A stretch of DNA of 64,000 nucleotides, taken from NCBI GenBank assembly GCA_950097015.1, contig CATNEN010000039.1, forward strand, positions 6,510,001-6,574,000, written 5' to 3'. Position numbers and translations under genes: made by a program. Positions 15,301 through 26,318 of the stretch are shown one piece after another. The notes under the pieces are model-generated. The model saw only the letters and a list, made by a program, of their open reading frames with translations, was not told the DNA's origin and did no database searches. The stretch comes from Macrostomum hystrix (taxonomy: Eukaryota > Animalia > Platyhelminthes). Within the stretch, counting starts at the first letter, position 1; each line of letters starts with the position of its first letter.

Positions 15301-18300
15301 ATAATCTTCGAATCCCAATCCGTAATATTTGAATCCCATCCATAATCTTCTAATCCCAATAATCTTCTAATCCCAATCCATACCTTCGAATCCCAATCCA
15401 TAATCTTCGAATCCCAATCCATAATCTTCGAATCCCATCCATAATCTTCTAATCCCAATAATCTTCTAATCCCAATCCATACCTTCGAATCCCAATCGAT
15501 AATCTTTTAATCCCAATCCATAATCTTCTAATCCCAATCCAAAATCTTCAAATCCCAATCCATAATCTTCAAATCCCAATCCATAATCTTCAAATTCCAA
15601 TCCATAACCTTCGAATCCAAATTCATAACCTTCGAATCCCAATCCATAATCTTCTAATCCCAATCTATAATCTTCGAATCCCGATCCATAATATTAGAAT
15701 GTTGATCCATAATCTTCTAATCCTAATCCACAATCTTCAAATCCCAATCCATAATCTTCGAATCCCAATCCACAATCTTCAAATCCCAATCCAAAATCTT
15801 CTAATCCCAATCCACAATCTTCAAATCCCAATCCATAGCCTTCGAATCCCGATCCATAATCTTCAAATCCCAATCCATAATCTTCTAATCCCAATCCATA
15901 ATCTTCAAATCCCAATCCATAATCTTCGAATCCCAATCCATAATCTTCAAATCCCAATCCAAAATCTTCAAATCCCAATCCATAATCTTCTAATCCCAAT
16001 CCATAATCTTCAAATCCCAATCCATAATCTTCAAATTCCAATCCATAACCTTCGAATCCAAATTCATAACCTTCTAATCCCAATCCATAATCTTCAAATC
16101 CCAATCCATAATCTTAAAATCCCAATCCATAATCTTCGAATCCCGATCCATAATATTAGAATGTGGATCCATAATCTTCTAATCCCAATCCACAATCTTC
16201 AAATCACAATCCATAACCTTCGAATCCCAATGCATTACCTTCAAATCCCAATCCATAATCTTCAAATCCCAATCCATAACCTTCGAATCCCAATTCATTA
16301 CCTTCAAATCCCAATCCACAATCTTCGAATCCCAATCCACGATCTTCAAATCCCAATCCATAATCTTCGAATCCCAATCCATAATCTTCGAATCCCAATT
16401 CATAACCTTCTAATCCCAATCCATAATCTTTTAATCCCAATCCATAATCTTCGAATCCCAATTCATAACCTTCTAATCCCAATCCATAATCTTTTAATCT
16501 TAATCTAGAATCTTCAAATCCTAAATTTTAATTCTAAATTCTTGACTTGAAATCCCAAGCCAAAAAAATTAAAATTCCGACCACGAACATTACCTTTAAA
16601 GAAAATAGGATTTCTTGCAAGGATTAGGAAATTATTCCTGCTTTTTTTTATTAGTTCTTCAACTATCAAAAGATCCGATTTCGTCTAATCCTCATTTTTC
16701 CTTATCCCCCTCATTCAGCGGCCTGGCTGAGCGGTCCCACCTGCCGCTGACTCTGCGTGTTGGCATCGCCTGCGGCTCCGTCAGCGGCTGCGTTCTGGGC
16801 CGGCAGCGCATTGTCTATGGCCTGGTGGGCGAGGCGGCCGATGCGGCTGAGTCACTGCAGCGCCTCTGTCAGCCGGGGTGAGCGCTGAAGTCTCTGCCTG
16901 GTTGATGCTTGACTCTCCCTGTGTCTCCTCCCTGACTCTCCCTGTGTCTCCTCCCTGACTCTCCCTGTGTCTCCTCCCTGACTCTCCCTGTGTCTCCTCC
17001 CTGACTCTCCCTGTGTCCCTGACTCTCCCTGTGTCCCTGACTCTCAGTGACTGCTATAAGTAGTGCATGTTGCGATTCCGCTGCGATCCGCCCAGCCGCA
17101 TTCTGGTGTCGCGGGCCACCTACGTGGAGATCGCCGCGCCGGGCATCAGCGCCGAGACTGGCCCGGTGCTGTCGCCAGAGACCGGCGGCGTCGGCGGCCT
17201 CGCCACGGTGTCGATTTGGACCGAACGCCTGCAGGCGCAGCTGCGCCGCTTCATTCAGCGCCAACAGCAGCAGCGTCAGCCGCCGTCGCCAGCCTCTCCT
17301 TCCGCATCTTCGTCGGTGTCGCCGGAGACACGGCGACGCGGCGATCGGCTCCTCCGGCTACTGAGGGCGACGTCGATGCCAACGTCGACAGCTGTGAATC
17401 AGTCGCCGTCGAGTCTGCTGACACTGCTGCTGCGGGAGACGCCGTTTGACTTCCTGGTGGAGGCGGGAGGAGACGCAGGCCCGTCGAACGGTGCCGCACC
17501 TGACGGGGTAACGAAGAAATCACATTGGGATTGACTTCATGCCCCCAAAGAGCGAGGAGGCAATTCTGCCCATTTCGCTGACTCCTGAGCACACACGCAC
17601 ACAGATACTGTACGCAGGTACACACTCACACAGGTGTGTACATCTGCCCTGACTTAGCGTCAGGCAGTGTACACACTTTCACTGTGCTGGCTCTCAAGGG
17701 CGTGAATTGCACGACAAGCCCCCCCAAGCCTTCTCTCCGCGGCTGCGCCTCAAATGAATGTGGCCTCGCCGCGGAATCGAGCTCAGGGACCTTGGTGCGC
17801 GAGGCAAAAATGGAACACAACGAAATGTCTAATTCGGTTATTTCAGAAATTCCAAATCAACGGTGATGCCAGCCCATCGATGGGGTGAGTTTTTTCTAAT
17901 CGTCGCTATCTACTAATAGTAGACAAGAGCGCTCATGAGGCAAATTTAAAAAAAAAAAAGATATATGAAAAAAGGAAAGAAAAAATTCCTAACCTCCTTG
18001 AAAATCTCTTTCAGGGACTCCTTGAACTCATCGGCTGCTACGGCTGCGGCGGCTTCAGCTGCGGCGCCGGCTGACGCAGTTACGGAGGAGGCAGTCTCTG
18101 GCTGGCTCCTGGAACGCTGCGGCCGCAGCTTGGGCCCCCTGACTAGCAAGGTGCCTAAGATGCACTGGCTGACTATGAGCTTTGACAGCAATCAGCTGGA
18201 GAGAGAAGTGAGACTGCGTTCACTTTGATTCTAAGCCAATCAGAAGCGACCAAAGAGGGAGCGATAATTAGCCAATCAGACGCTGGCAATCATGAAGCGC

Positions 18301-21300
18301 TTCTTAGCCAATAAGAAGCGAGGAAACAGAAAGTGATTATAAGCCAGTCAAAAGCGTTAATTTTGGGCACGCTAAAAACTATTTTCTAGCCTATTTCTTA
18401 TTACTTTCTTTGTAAGGATCGGGGTTGAGTTGCAGAACAGTCTAAAGCGTTTGCCTCGTGCACCAAGGTCCCTGAGTTCGATTCCGCGGCGAGGTCACAT
18501 TAATTTGGGGCGCAGCCGCGGAGAGAAGACTTAGAGGCAAATTTGAATTACGCCCTGAAGGGCTACCCTCCAAGGCACAGAGATTCTAATGATGAGAAAG
18601 TCAGGGCAGATGTACATACCTGTGTGAGTGAGTGAGTGTGTGTGCGTGTGTGCGTGCGTGTAAGTCAGCGAAATGGGCAGAATTGCTGCGTGAATTGCTC
18701 TCTGGCTGCGTGTCGACTGTCAACAAAGGACGTGCCCGCAGCCCTCCTGTAATAAAAATAATAAAGAAATTAATCATTTAAAATAATGTTATTTTTTTAT
18801 AGTATCGACAACAGGAAGATCGCGGCTTTCTAGTTGCCATGACAACAACGGGCCTTGTACTTTTAATTAGCGGCTGCCTGCATGTCGCTGTGCTGCCGAG
18901 AACCACGCTGCTGCTCATGCTGTTCATGATCAGCTTCACCTGGACTGGCATGCTGCTCATGGTGCTGCTGGCCGCCAGACTCAAGGTAGAAACACTACTC
19001 ATTAAGTCTCACGATTTCAAATAATTATAGCTGATGCCAGCCTTCCAATACCACCCGCAGTGCCTCGAGTTCAACATTCAGAAGTCCCACCTGGTGCGAA
19101 CAGTGATTGTGGTAGTGACCATCCTGCTCACGTACAGCATGTCTCAGACCAATGTGGTGAGTGGCAGTGTGAGAGCGGCCCAGAGTCACTGAATATGGGA
19201 GGGGTATGAAGGATCGGAGGGAGGAGGCTGAAGAATCGGAGGGAGGAGGCTGAAGAATCGGAGGGAGGTTGCTGAAGGATCGGAGGAAGGATCGGAGGGA
19301 GGAGGTTGAAGGATGGGAGGGTGGTGTCTGAAGGATGGGAGGGAGGTGGCTGAAGGATGGGAGGGAGTTGGCTAAAGGATGGGAGGGAGGAGGCTGAAAG
19401 ATGGGAGGGAGGTGGCTGAACGATGGGATGGAGGTAGCTGAAGGATGGGAGGGAGGAGGCTGAAAGATGGGAGGGAGGTGGTTCAAGGATGGAAGGGAGG
19501 AGCCTGAAGGATGGGAGAGAGGAGGCTGAAGGATCGGAGGGAGGAGGTTGAAGGATGGGAGGGAGGTGTCTGAAGGATGGGAGAGAGGTTGCTGAAGAAT
19601 CGGAGGGAGGAGGCTGAAGAATCGGAGGGAGGTTGCTGAAGGATCGGAGGAAGGATCGGAGGGAGGAGGTTGAAGGATGGGAGGGAGGTGTCTGAAGGAT
19701 GGGAGGGAGTTGGCTAAAGGATGGGAGGGAGGAGGCTGAAAGATGGGAGGGAAGTGGCTGAAGGATGGGGTGGAGGTGGCTGAAGGATGGGAGGGAGGTT
19801 GCTGAAGAATCGGAGGGAGGAGGCTGAAGAATCGGAGGGAGGAGGCTGAAGAATCGGAGGGAGGTTGCTGAAGGATCGGAGGAAGGATCGGAGGGAGGAG
19901 GTTGAAGGATGGGAGGGAGGTGTCTGAACGATGGGATGGAGGTAGCTGAAGGATGGGAGGGAGGTGGCTGAAGGATGGGAGGGAGGTGGCTAAAGGATGG
20001 GAGGCAGCCGACAATAATGGAAATGATTTTCCCACCCAGCTTTGCTGCCGCCTGTCGCTCCTGAATGCCACCGCCAGCGGGCCGTTCTTTCGCCACCAGC
20101 CCTCGTCAGCACCGTCAACTTCAGGCGCTTTCTCCGAGGACTTCGGCCAGGACGACCTGACCTGCCCGTCTCCTGCGTTCATCTGTCTGGCCGGCTTGCT
20201 GTGCTTGCTGCTGCCGCCTGCCTTCCCTGGCCTGCCCGCCCTGGCCCAGCAGCTCTTGGCCTTCATCATCGCTGCCGGCTTCGCAGCCACCTCGGCGGGC
20301 ACCCACCGGCCTCTGTTTGAGCTGTGGGACGCCGCCCTGGTTTCAACCGGCGAAAACGGCACTGCAGCGCACCCGATGCCCGTTCTGCCACAGCTGCCGC
20401 CCACTCTGTCTGGCGGCCTGCTGGCATTGGCGATGTCAGCGCTTGTGGTGACCTGCCTCGCCAGGCTGCGGACGGCGGCCAGGCGGGAGGCCTTCGCCTG
20501 GGCCTACCAGGTCCGCTGCCTTCACTGTCCTTTCTGCTGCCCTTTCCGCCCCAATCCCCTTCCGCTCTAATCCGTTCCTGCAAAAATCCCTCCAATCTCC
20601 TTTATTCAAATTCTCTCAACTTCTGAAACCAAATTTTCTCTAACTAGAAGGAGTTTCTACTCGCTGTTCGTTCCAGACAACGGACTCGCAGCTGGAAGTA
20701 CTGCTGGTTAAGGAGGCCTGCAACAGTCTAGTGAGAAACCTGCTGCCACAGCCGGTGGCTTCTGCCATTCTGCAGCAGTCAAGAGTTAGCAGACATTTTT
20801 TGGTAAGCCGAGCGGTCTAATTCCTCGAGTCCGATTCTCGCCATTGCGCATCCTCGCAAAATGTTTCGCCAAATCCGCAGCAATCCTTGTGCGTGGAGGA
20901 GCACCTGCTGATCGGCGTCCTTCACATCGACCTCTGCGTCGTGTCCGCCTCCTCGCCAGCCGCCGCTGCCGCCTCTCCTGGCCTCACCGGACACGCCGGC
21001 CGCTGCCTGGCCAATCTGACGGCCCTCATCGACGAGCTGCTGGATCAGCAGCAGCAGCAGCAGCAGCAGGCGTCCGCGGCAGTCGGCGAGCTCAGCAAGA
21101 TCCGCTGCACCGGCCGGGCCTCCGTCCGCCTGGCTGTCGGGCTGCATCGACGGCTGCGGGACACCCCGGCTAGCAAACTGTTCCACCTGGCCCAGCTGCT
21201 GCAGTTCGCCTGCCTGCTGCGCCGCCGCCTGCCAGCCGACTGCGGCCACGGCTGCCGCCTTCGTCTGCGCATGGGCGCCCACCTGGGCAGCGGCTTCACG

Positions 21301-23741
21301 GCACTGATTGGCTCCGTCAGGCCGGTGAGTGGTGATTGGGTAAACAATTGTGTTGCTATGGTAAAAGACAGTTGCTATGTTAAATGACAGTTGCTATGGT
21401 GAAAGACAGTTGCTATCGTAAACAAACATTAACAATGGTTGGAATGTCCCTTTGTTTAAATACCGGTTGCTATGGTAAACACTTAAAATGTTGTTCTCAT
21501 TTAATCCACATCGCCGGGTTGCAGATTTTCGATCTGTGGGGCGAGGCGGCTCGCGTGGCCAACGCCCTGGCCGGCGCTGGCGAGCCCGGCCAGCTGCTGG
21601 TGTCCGAGCGGGTGCACACCCTGGCCAGGCAGCAGTTCGACTTCGCGCCGCATCCAGCCGTCTGGCTTGACGGCGCCCGATGGCCCGCGATGGCACTTCG
21701 GGATCAGGCAAGCTCGCAATGCATTTTCCTATTTTTTCGTGACCCAAAAATAAAAGCTCCAAGTCCCGTACTTTTTGCAGCCGGTGCCTGTTCATCATCA
21801 TCAGGAGCATCAGCAGCAGCAGCAGCCGCAGCTACACCTGCTCAGGCAGCTGCGCCAGCAGAACCGTCTCAGCGCTCCCTGCTTTCCTCAGCATCCGCCG
21901 CCGCCGCCGCCGCATCCGCCGCATCCGGGTCAGCAGCCGCAGCAGCGCCCAGCGGCCGCCGTCCGACGTCCGGGACATTATCTGGATCGGCGGCGTCGCG
22001 ACAGTCGGGTGCACAGCGTTGTGCGCCCCATGCCAGGCGGGCCAGCGCTGGCTCCCCTGCTGCCTCTGCAGCCGCTGCCGCAGCTGCCGCCAGTGCCTCC
22101 GCCGCTTCCGCGGTCAACTAGCATCGATCGATCCGGAGCAGCCGCCGCCGAGCCCGTGACTTCTTCCAACGGTTTCGACTTTCCCGACTATCGGCGGCCC
22201 AGCAGTCCTCCGAGATCGTCCACCATAGTCGACAGGATTGCAGTCTCCTCGATGGAGACGAGCTCAATCAGGGAGCAGCCGCTGTTGCCACCGTCGCCGT
22301 CGCAGCTGCCGTTGCAGTCGGCGAATCCGCAAGAGCAGGAGGAGGATGACAACGAAGACTCCATCGTGGTGTCGCTAATGTCGCTTACGGCCGTTGAAGA
22401 CAATGACGACGAAATCGACGACACGGAGGCAGCGGAACGTTTGCGAATGCTTCGACCCGACGAGGCGGCGGCGATGTCCGCGATGCAGCGAAGCGGCGAT
22501 AGCGACTGTCTAGGCGCCTTCGTCAGCGACCTCGAAGAGAGTGACGACAACCACCACCTCGTCGGTGGACGTGGCGGCGGTGCCGAAGACATCGAGCATC
22601 GCTTGCTGGACAGCCTGGCCCTTGTTGAGGCGACTTCCACTGCGGCACCTTCAATTGCTATTTCGATTGTGAGTTTCGCTTAGAAGCTCTCCTGGTCTGG
22701 GGTTGCCAGAATGCATTTGTTTGAGGCTTTGAGTTCGGAATTCCCTTTTCGCTCTTAATGCCTTTTCAGAATCTTCTAGTAGAGATGCCACTAGGGATTT
22801 TAACTTTTGTACAAGGACATGTATAGAATTTCTCTTTCCATTTTGAATTTCCCATTTTTAGATTTCCTTATTAGGATTATCCCTCCAGGATTCCCCTTAG
22901 GATTTCCTCTAGGATTTCCGTTCTCCTGTAGGAATCCCTCTTGGGATTCCCTCTAGGATGTCTATTCTGAATATCATATTTGGATTTCTTTTCTTGATAT
23001 CATTTGGGATTTAGGATTTCCCCTTTTGGATTCCCCTATTCCCTCTAGGATTTACTTTATTAATATCATTTGGGATTTCCTGTTAGGATTTTCTTTATGA
23101 TTGTGAGCGACTATGATTTCTTTTTTGGGTTTTCCCAAGATTTTCCTGAATCAGAAAAAGAACTTTTTGCTTAAATTCCAATAGAATTTATAGAATCCCC
23201 AATCTGAACAGAATCTCTTTCTTCACTGCAGCAGCCACCGGGCAGCGGGCCAGCCTCCGAGTCCAACTATGACAACCTCAGCAGCGACGGTGGCGGCAGC
23301 GGCGGCACAGCTGAAATGCGCATCGCTTTCGAGGCCCGTCGGCTTCGTCGCCTTGCGCTTCTGGATTCTCGCGAGAATTCCCAGGGTAATTCCCCAGTGG
23401 ACATTCCTGGGGATTCCCGCGCTGGACTACGCGTGAATTCTTGCGTGGATTCCCGGGTGTCTTCTCTGGCGGATTCCCGCCTCGACTTTACAACGGACTC
23501 CCAAGTGGATTCCCGCGTGGATTCCCCGGTGGATTCCCGTTTCGATTCGCGCGGAAATTCCCTGCTGGAATTCCGGTCGGATTCGCGCATGGACTCTTCG
23601 CTGTCCGAGGGCGAAATTCCCGCCGAGCTCATTGCCCCGTTAGGTTGGCAGCGTAGCGACAGGAATCGAGCCCGCGACCGCCGGCACCAGCTGCAGCCGC
23701 CACGCGAGCGCCAAGGCAGTCAGGAAGGCGGCCGACCGTGA
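6324..23741 (+). CDS. Transmembrane adenylyl cyclase family protein (class III; M1-C1-M2-C2), catalytically degenerate; 17 predicted exons
   Basis: Phase-consistent exons: 6324-7166, 11897-12046, 12990-13105, 14082-14196, 14733-14863, 16719-16877, 17096-17507, 17847-17884, 18015-18207, 18803-18985, 19061-19156 (alternative acceptor 19031), 20040-20510, 20677-20802, 20881-21324, 21525-21707, 21781-22668, 23232-23741. Motifs: SRVALEHQTDKLDRLVTSLVPQSLAAELK; FDGDAFLVTFGFP; LRVGIACGSVSGCVLG; QPGRILVSRATY; WLTMSFDSNQLEREY; LVRNLLPQPVA; LRLRMGAHLG..LIGSVRPIFDLWGE. Two clusters of about 6 hydrophobic helices. Confidence 0.85.
7195..8535. repeat. 31-32-bp intronic minisatellite (CCATCTTGTCACACCGTTGCTTCCAGACCCA)n
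   Basis: Tandem array starting ~30 nt after the donor at 7167; explains the PDPPSCHT-type ORFs. Confidence 0.95.
9341..11465. repeat. 28-bp minisatellite (GACTAGATGGGTAATGACCGACCTGRGT)n
   Basis: About 75 near-identical units with an A/G variant position; degenerates to ~11630. Confidence 0.97.
12370..12800. repeat. Pyrimidine-rich 15-bp repeat (CTCCACTCCCTCCTC)n
   Basis: Low-complexity intronic array; source of the poly-Pro/poly-Gly ORFs. Confidence 0.9.
13270..13890. repeat. 20-bp minisatellite (CTTCAGATCCAATCCTGAAG)n
   Basis: Tandem array in intron 3; each unit has an internal inverted repeat CTTCAG...CTGAAG. Confidence 0.93.
14880..16525. repeat. 21-bp minisatellite (AATCCCAATCCATAATCTTCN)n
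   Basis: Tandem array starting just after the donor at 14864. Confidence 0.95.
16910..17045. repeat. 23-bp repeat (GACTCTCCCTGTGTCTCCTCCCT)n
   Basis: Short intronic tandem array. Confidence 0.9.
17551..17812 (-). mobile_element. tRNA-derived SINE, family A (partial)
   Basis: Near-identical to 53728-54072, 55038-55395 and 59485-59790; B-box-like GAGCTCGATTCC on the minus strand. Confidence 0.8.
18421..18770 (+). mobile_element. tRNA-derived SINE, family A
   Basis: Head ..TGCAGAACAGTCTAAAGCG..GAGTTCGATTCC (A/B-box-like); body is the reverse complement of the other family A copies; A-rich tail. Confidence 0.8.
19205..20005. repeat. Purine-rich ~22-bp repeat (GAAGGATGGGAGGGAGGTGGCT)n
   Basis: Intronic tandem array; explains ORFs 19025-20404 and 19128-20096 on the minus strand. 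Confidence 0.92.
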
Positions 23742-24134
23742 GGGCATTTATAGCTGTGCTTTAATAACAATGCCAGCGGAGTCCGCTGAAAGCTACTTTA
23801 AGTAGCGCGTAAAGCTTTTTTGCCATAATAGCAATCCACTATGGCTTGTCTGATGGCCTCATGATGTACTACTATGTACTTCAGCTTTTAACTTATAGCA
23901 ATTCGTTTTTTATAGCTTCACCATTTAATGACATGTTGAATTTCTGTGCATTAAAGTATTACTTTTTTTGCTTTAGCGTTGGCTTCGATTTTCTACCCAT
24001 CTTTCTTTTTTCACTCAAGCTTCACCCTAAATTTTCCTTTGTTTAGTTCGGGAGTAAAAAAGCTTGCTACCTATTTCGGTAAGCTATGAGCTGTAGACTT
24101 GGCTTGAATCTGTGAAGGAATCTAGAAGATTTCT

Positions 24135-24920
24135 AGGAATCTGTTAGAAATTCGACGAATCTGTTAGGAATTCGACGAATCTGTTAGGAATTCGACAAAT
24201 CTGTTAGAAATTCGACGAAGCTGTTAGGAATTCGACGAATCTGTTAGAAATTCGACGAATCTGTTAGGAATTCGACGAATCTGTTAGGAATTCGACAAAT
24301 CTGTTAGAAATTCGACGAAGCTGTTAGGAATTCGACGAATCTGTTAGAAATTCGACGAATCTGTTTGGAATTCGACGAATCTGTTAGGAATTCGACGAAG
24401 CTGTTAGGAATTCGGCAAATCTGTTAGAAATTCGACGAAGCTGTTAGGAATTCGACGAATCTGTTAGAAATTCGACGAAGCTGTTAGGAATTCGACGAAT
24501 CTGTTAGAAATTCGACGAAGCTGTTAGGAATTCGACGAATCTGTTAGAAATTCGACGAATCTGTTAGGAATTCGACGAATCTGTTAGGAATTTGACGAAT
24601 CTGTTAGGAATTCGACAAATCTGATCTGTTAGGAATTCGACGAATCTGTTAGAAATTCGACGAATCTGTTAGGAATTCGACGAATCTGTTAGGAATTCGA
24701 CAAATCTGATCTGTTAGGAATTCGACGAATCTGTTAGAAATTCGACGAATCTGTTAGGAATTCGACGAATCTGTTAGGAATTCGACAAATCTGATCTGTT
24801 AGGAATTCGACGAATCTGTTAGGAATTCGACAAATCTGATCTGTTAGGAATTCGACGAATCTGTTAGGAATTCGACAAATCTGTCAGGAATTCGACGAAT
24901 CGGATGAGAACTCGATGAAT
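24135..24920. repeat. 20-bp minisatellite (CTGTTAGGAATTCGACGAAT)n
   Basis: Intergenic tandem array. Confidence 0.95.
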
Positions 24921-25685
24921 TCAGAGCTCTATATTTCTTGAACAGGACCCAATCAATCTTATCTAACCGCGCCTTTCCTCTCGACCTGGCCTAATTAAAG
25001 CTACTATTAACAGCTGATAAAATTATTGTGTTGAATATCATCCTAAGCGGTAACAGTGGGGTCAGGCGGTTTGAGCTCCCTTATCTCCACCCAGCCATTC
25101 ACCCAGTCACCCGCCCACGCACTCGCGATTCGCGCCAAAAAAGGGCCGTTTTTTCTGCCCCAGCGCTCTGTTCTTTTTATTTAATTTTGTTTTAACTGCG
25201 TCGGTGTTTTGTAAGCGCGCATTTTAACTGTGACCTCATCTCATCGCTCTCTGACAGCATCATTGTGCGGCCTAACACTCCCTTCTCATTGGGCTTTCAC
25301 TGCCACTGGCCTTCTATCTCACATTCTATCTCACTGTCTCTCCATTCCTATCTTACTCTCTCTCTCTAATTTTATCTCACTGTCTCTCATTCTATCTCAC
25401 TGTCTCTCTCATCCTATTTACTGTTTTTCCTTTTCTGTGACCTACCATTAGGTATCCTACAGCATATAATTTATTATATAAAAATATAATTTGTCACTCA
25501 GTTAAGCAGTGACGTGCTGTGTTGCTAAAGGAAACTGTTAGTAACTGTTTGTTTTGCTAAACTCCAACATGTTTTATTTGTTAATTAGTATTTTAACCAC
25601 CTGAGATAGGGATTATAGCCTCAGTGGTTAACTCTTATTCATTAGGACCCTATATATTAAGTGCTTCGGTAATCACCCTGATTAT

Positions 25686-26318
25686 CGGTCATTACCCCGA
25701 TCATTCAGTGCATCGGTCATTACCCTGATGATTCAGTGCATCGGTCATTACCGTGATGATTCAGTGCATCGGTCATTACCCTGATGATTCAGTGCATCGG
25801 TCATTACCCTGATGATTCAGTGCATCGGTCATTACCCTGATGATTCAGTGCATCGGTCATTACCCCGATCATTCAGTGCATCGGTCATTACCCTGATGAT
25901 TCAGTGCATCGGTCATTACCCCGATGATTCAGTGCATCGGTCATTACCCTGATGATTCAGTGCATCGGTCATTACCGTGATGATTCAGTGCATCGGTCAT
26001 TACCCTGATGATTCAGTGCATCGGTCATTACCCTGATGATTCAGTGCATCGGTCATTACCCTGATGATTCAGTGCATCGGTCATTACCCTGATCATTCAG
26101 TGCATCGGTCATTACCCTGATGATTCAGTGCATCGGTCATTACCGTGATGATTCAGTGCATCGGTCATTACCCTGATGATTCAGTGCATCGGTCATTACC
26201 CTGATGATTCAGTGCATCGGTCATTACCCTGATGATTCAGTGCATCGGTCATTACCCTGATCATTCAGTGCATCGGTCATTACCCTGATCATTCAGTGCA
26301 TCGGTCATTACCGTGATC
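25686..26318. repeat. 28-bp minisatellite (CGGTCATTACCCTGATGATTCAGTGCAT)n
   Basis: Intergenic tandem array. Confidence 0.95.

Noticed and set aside
25686-26318. CTGATGA in each repeat unit as a tandem hammerhead or C/D-box motif
   Set aside because: No GAAA core or supporting helices are present in the unit.
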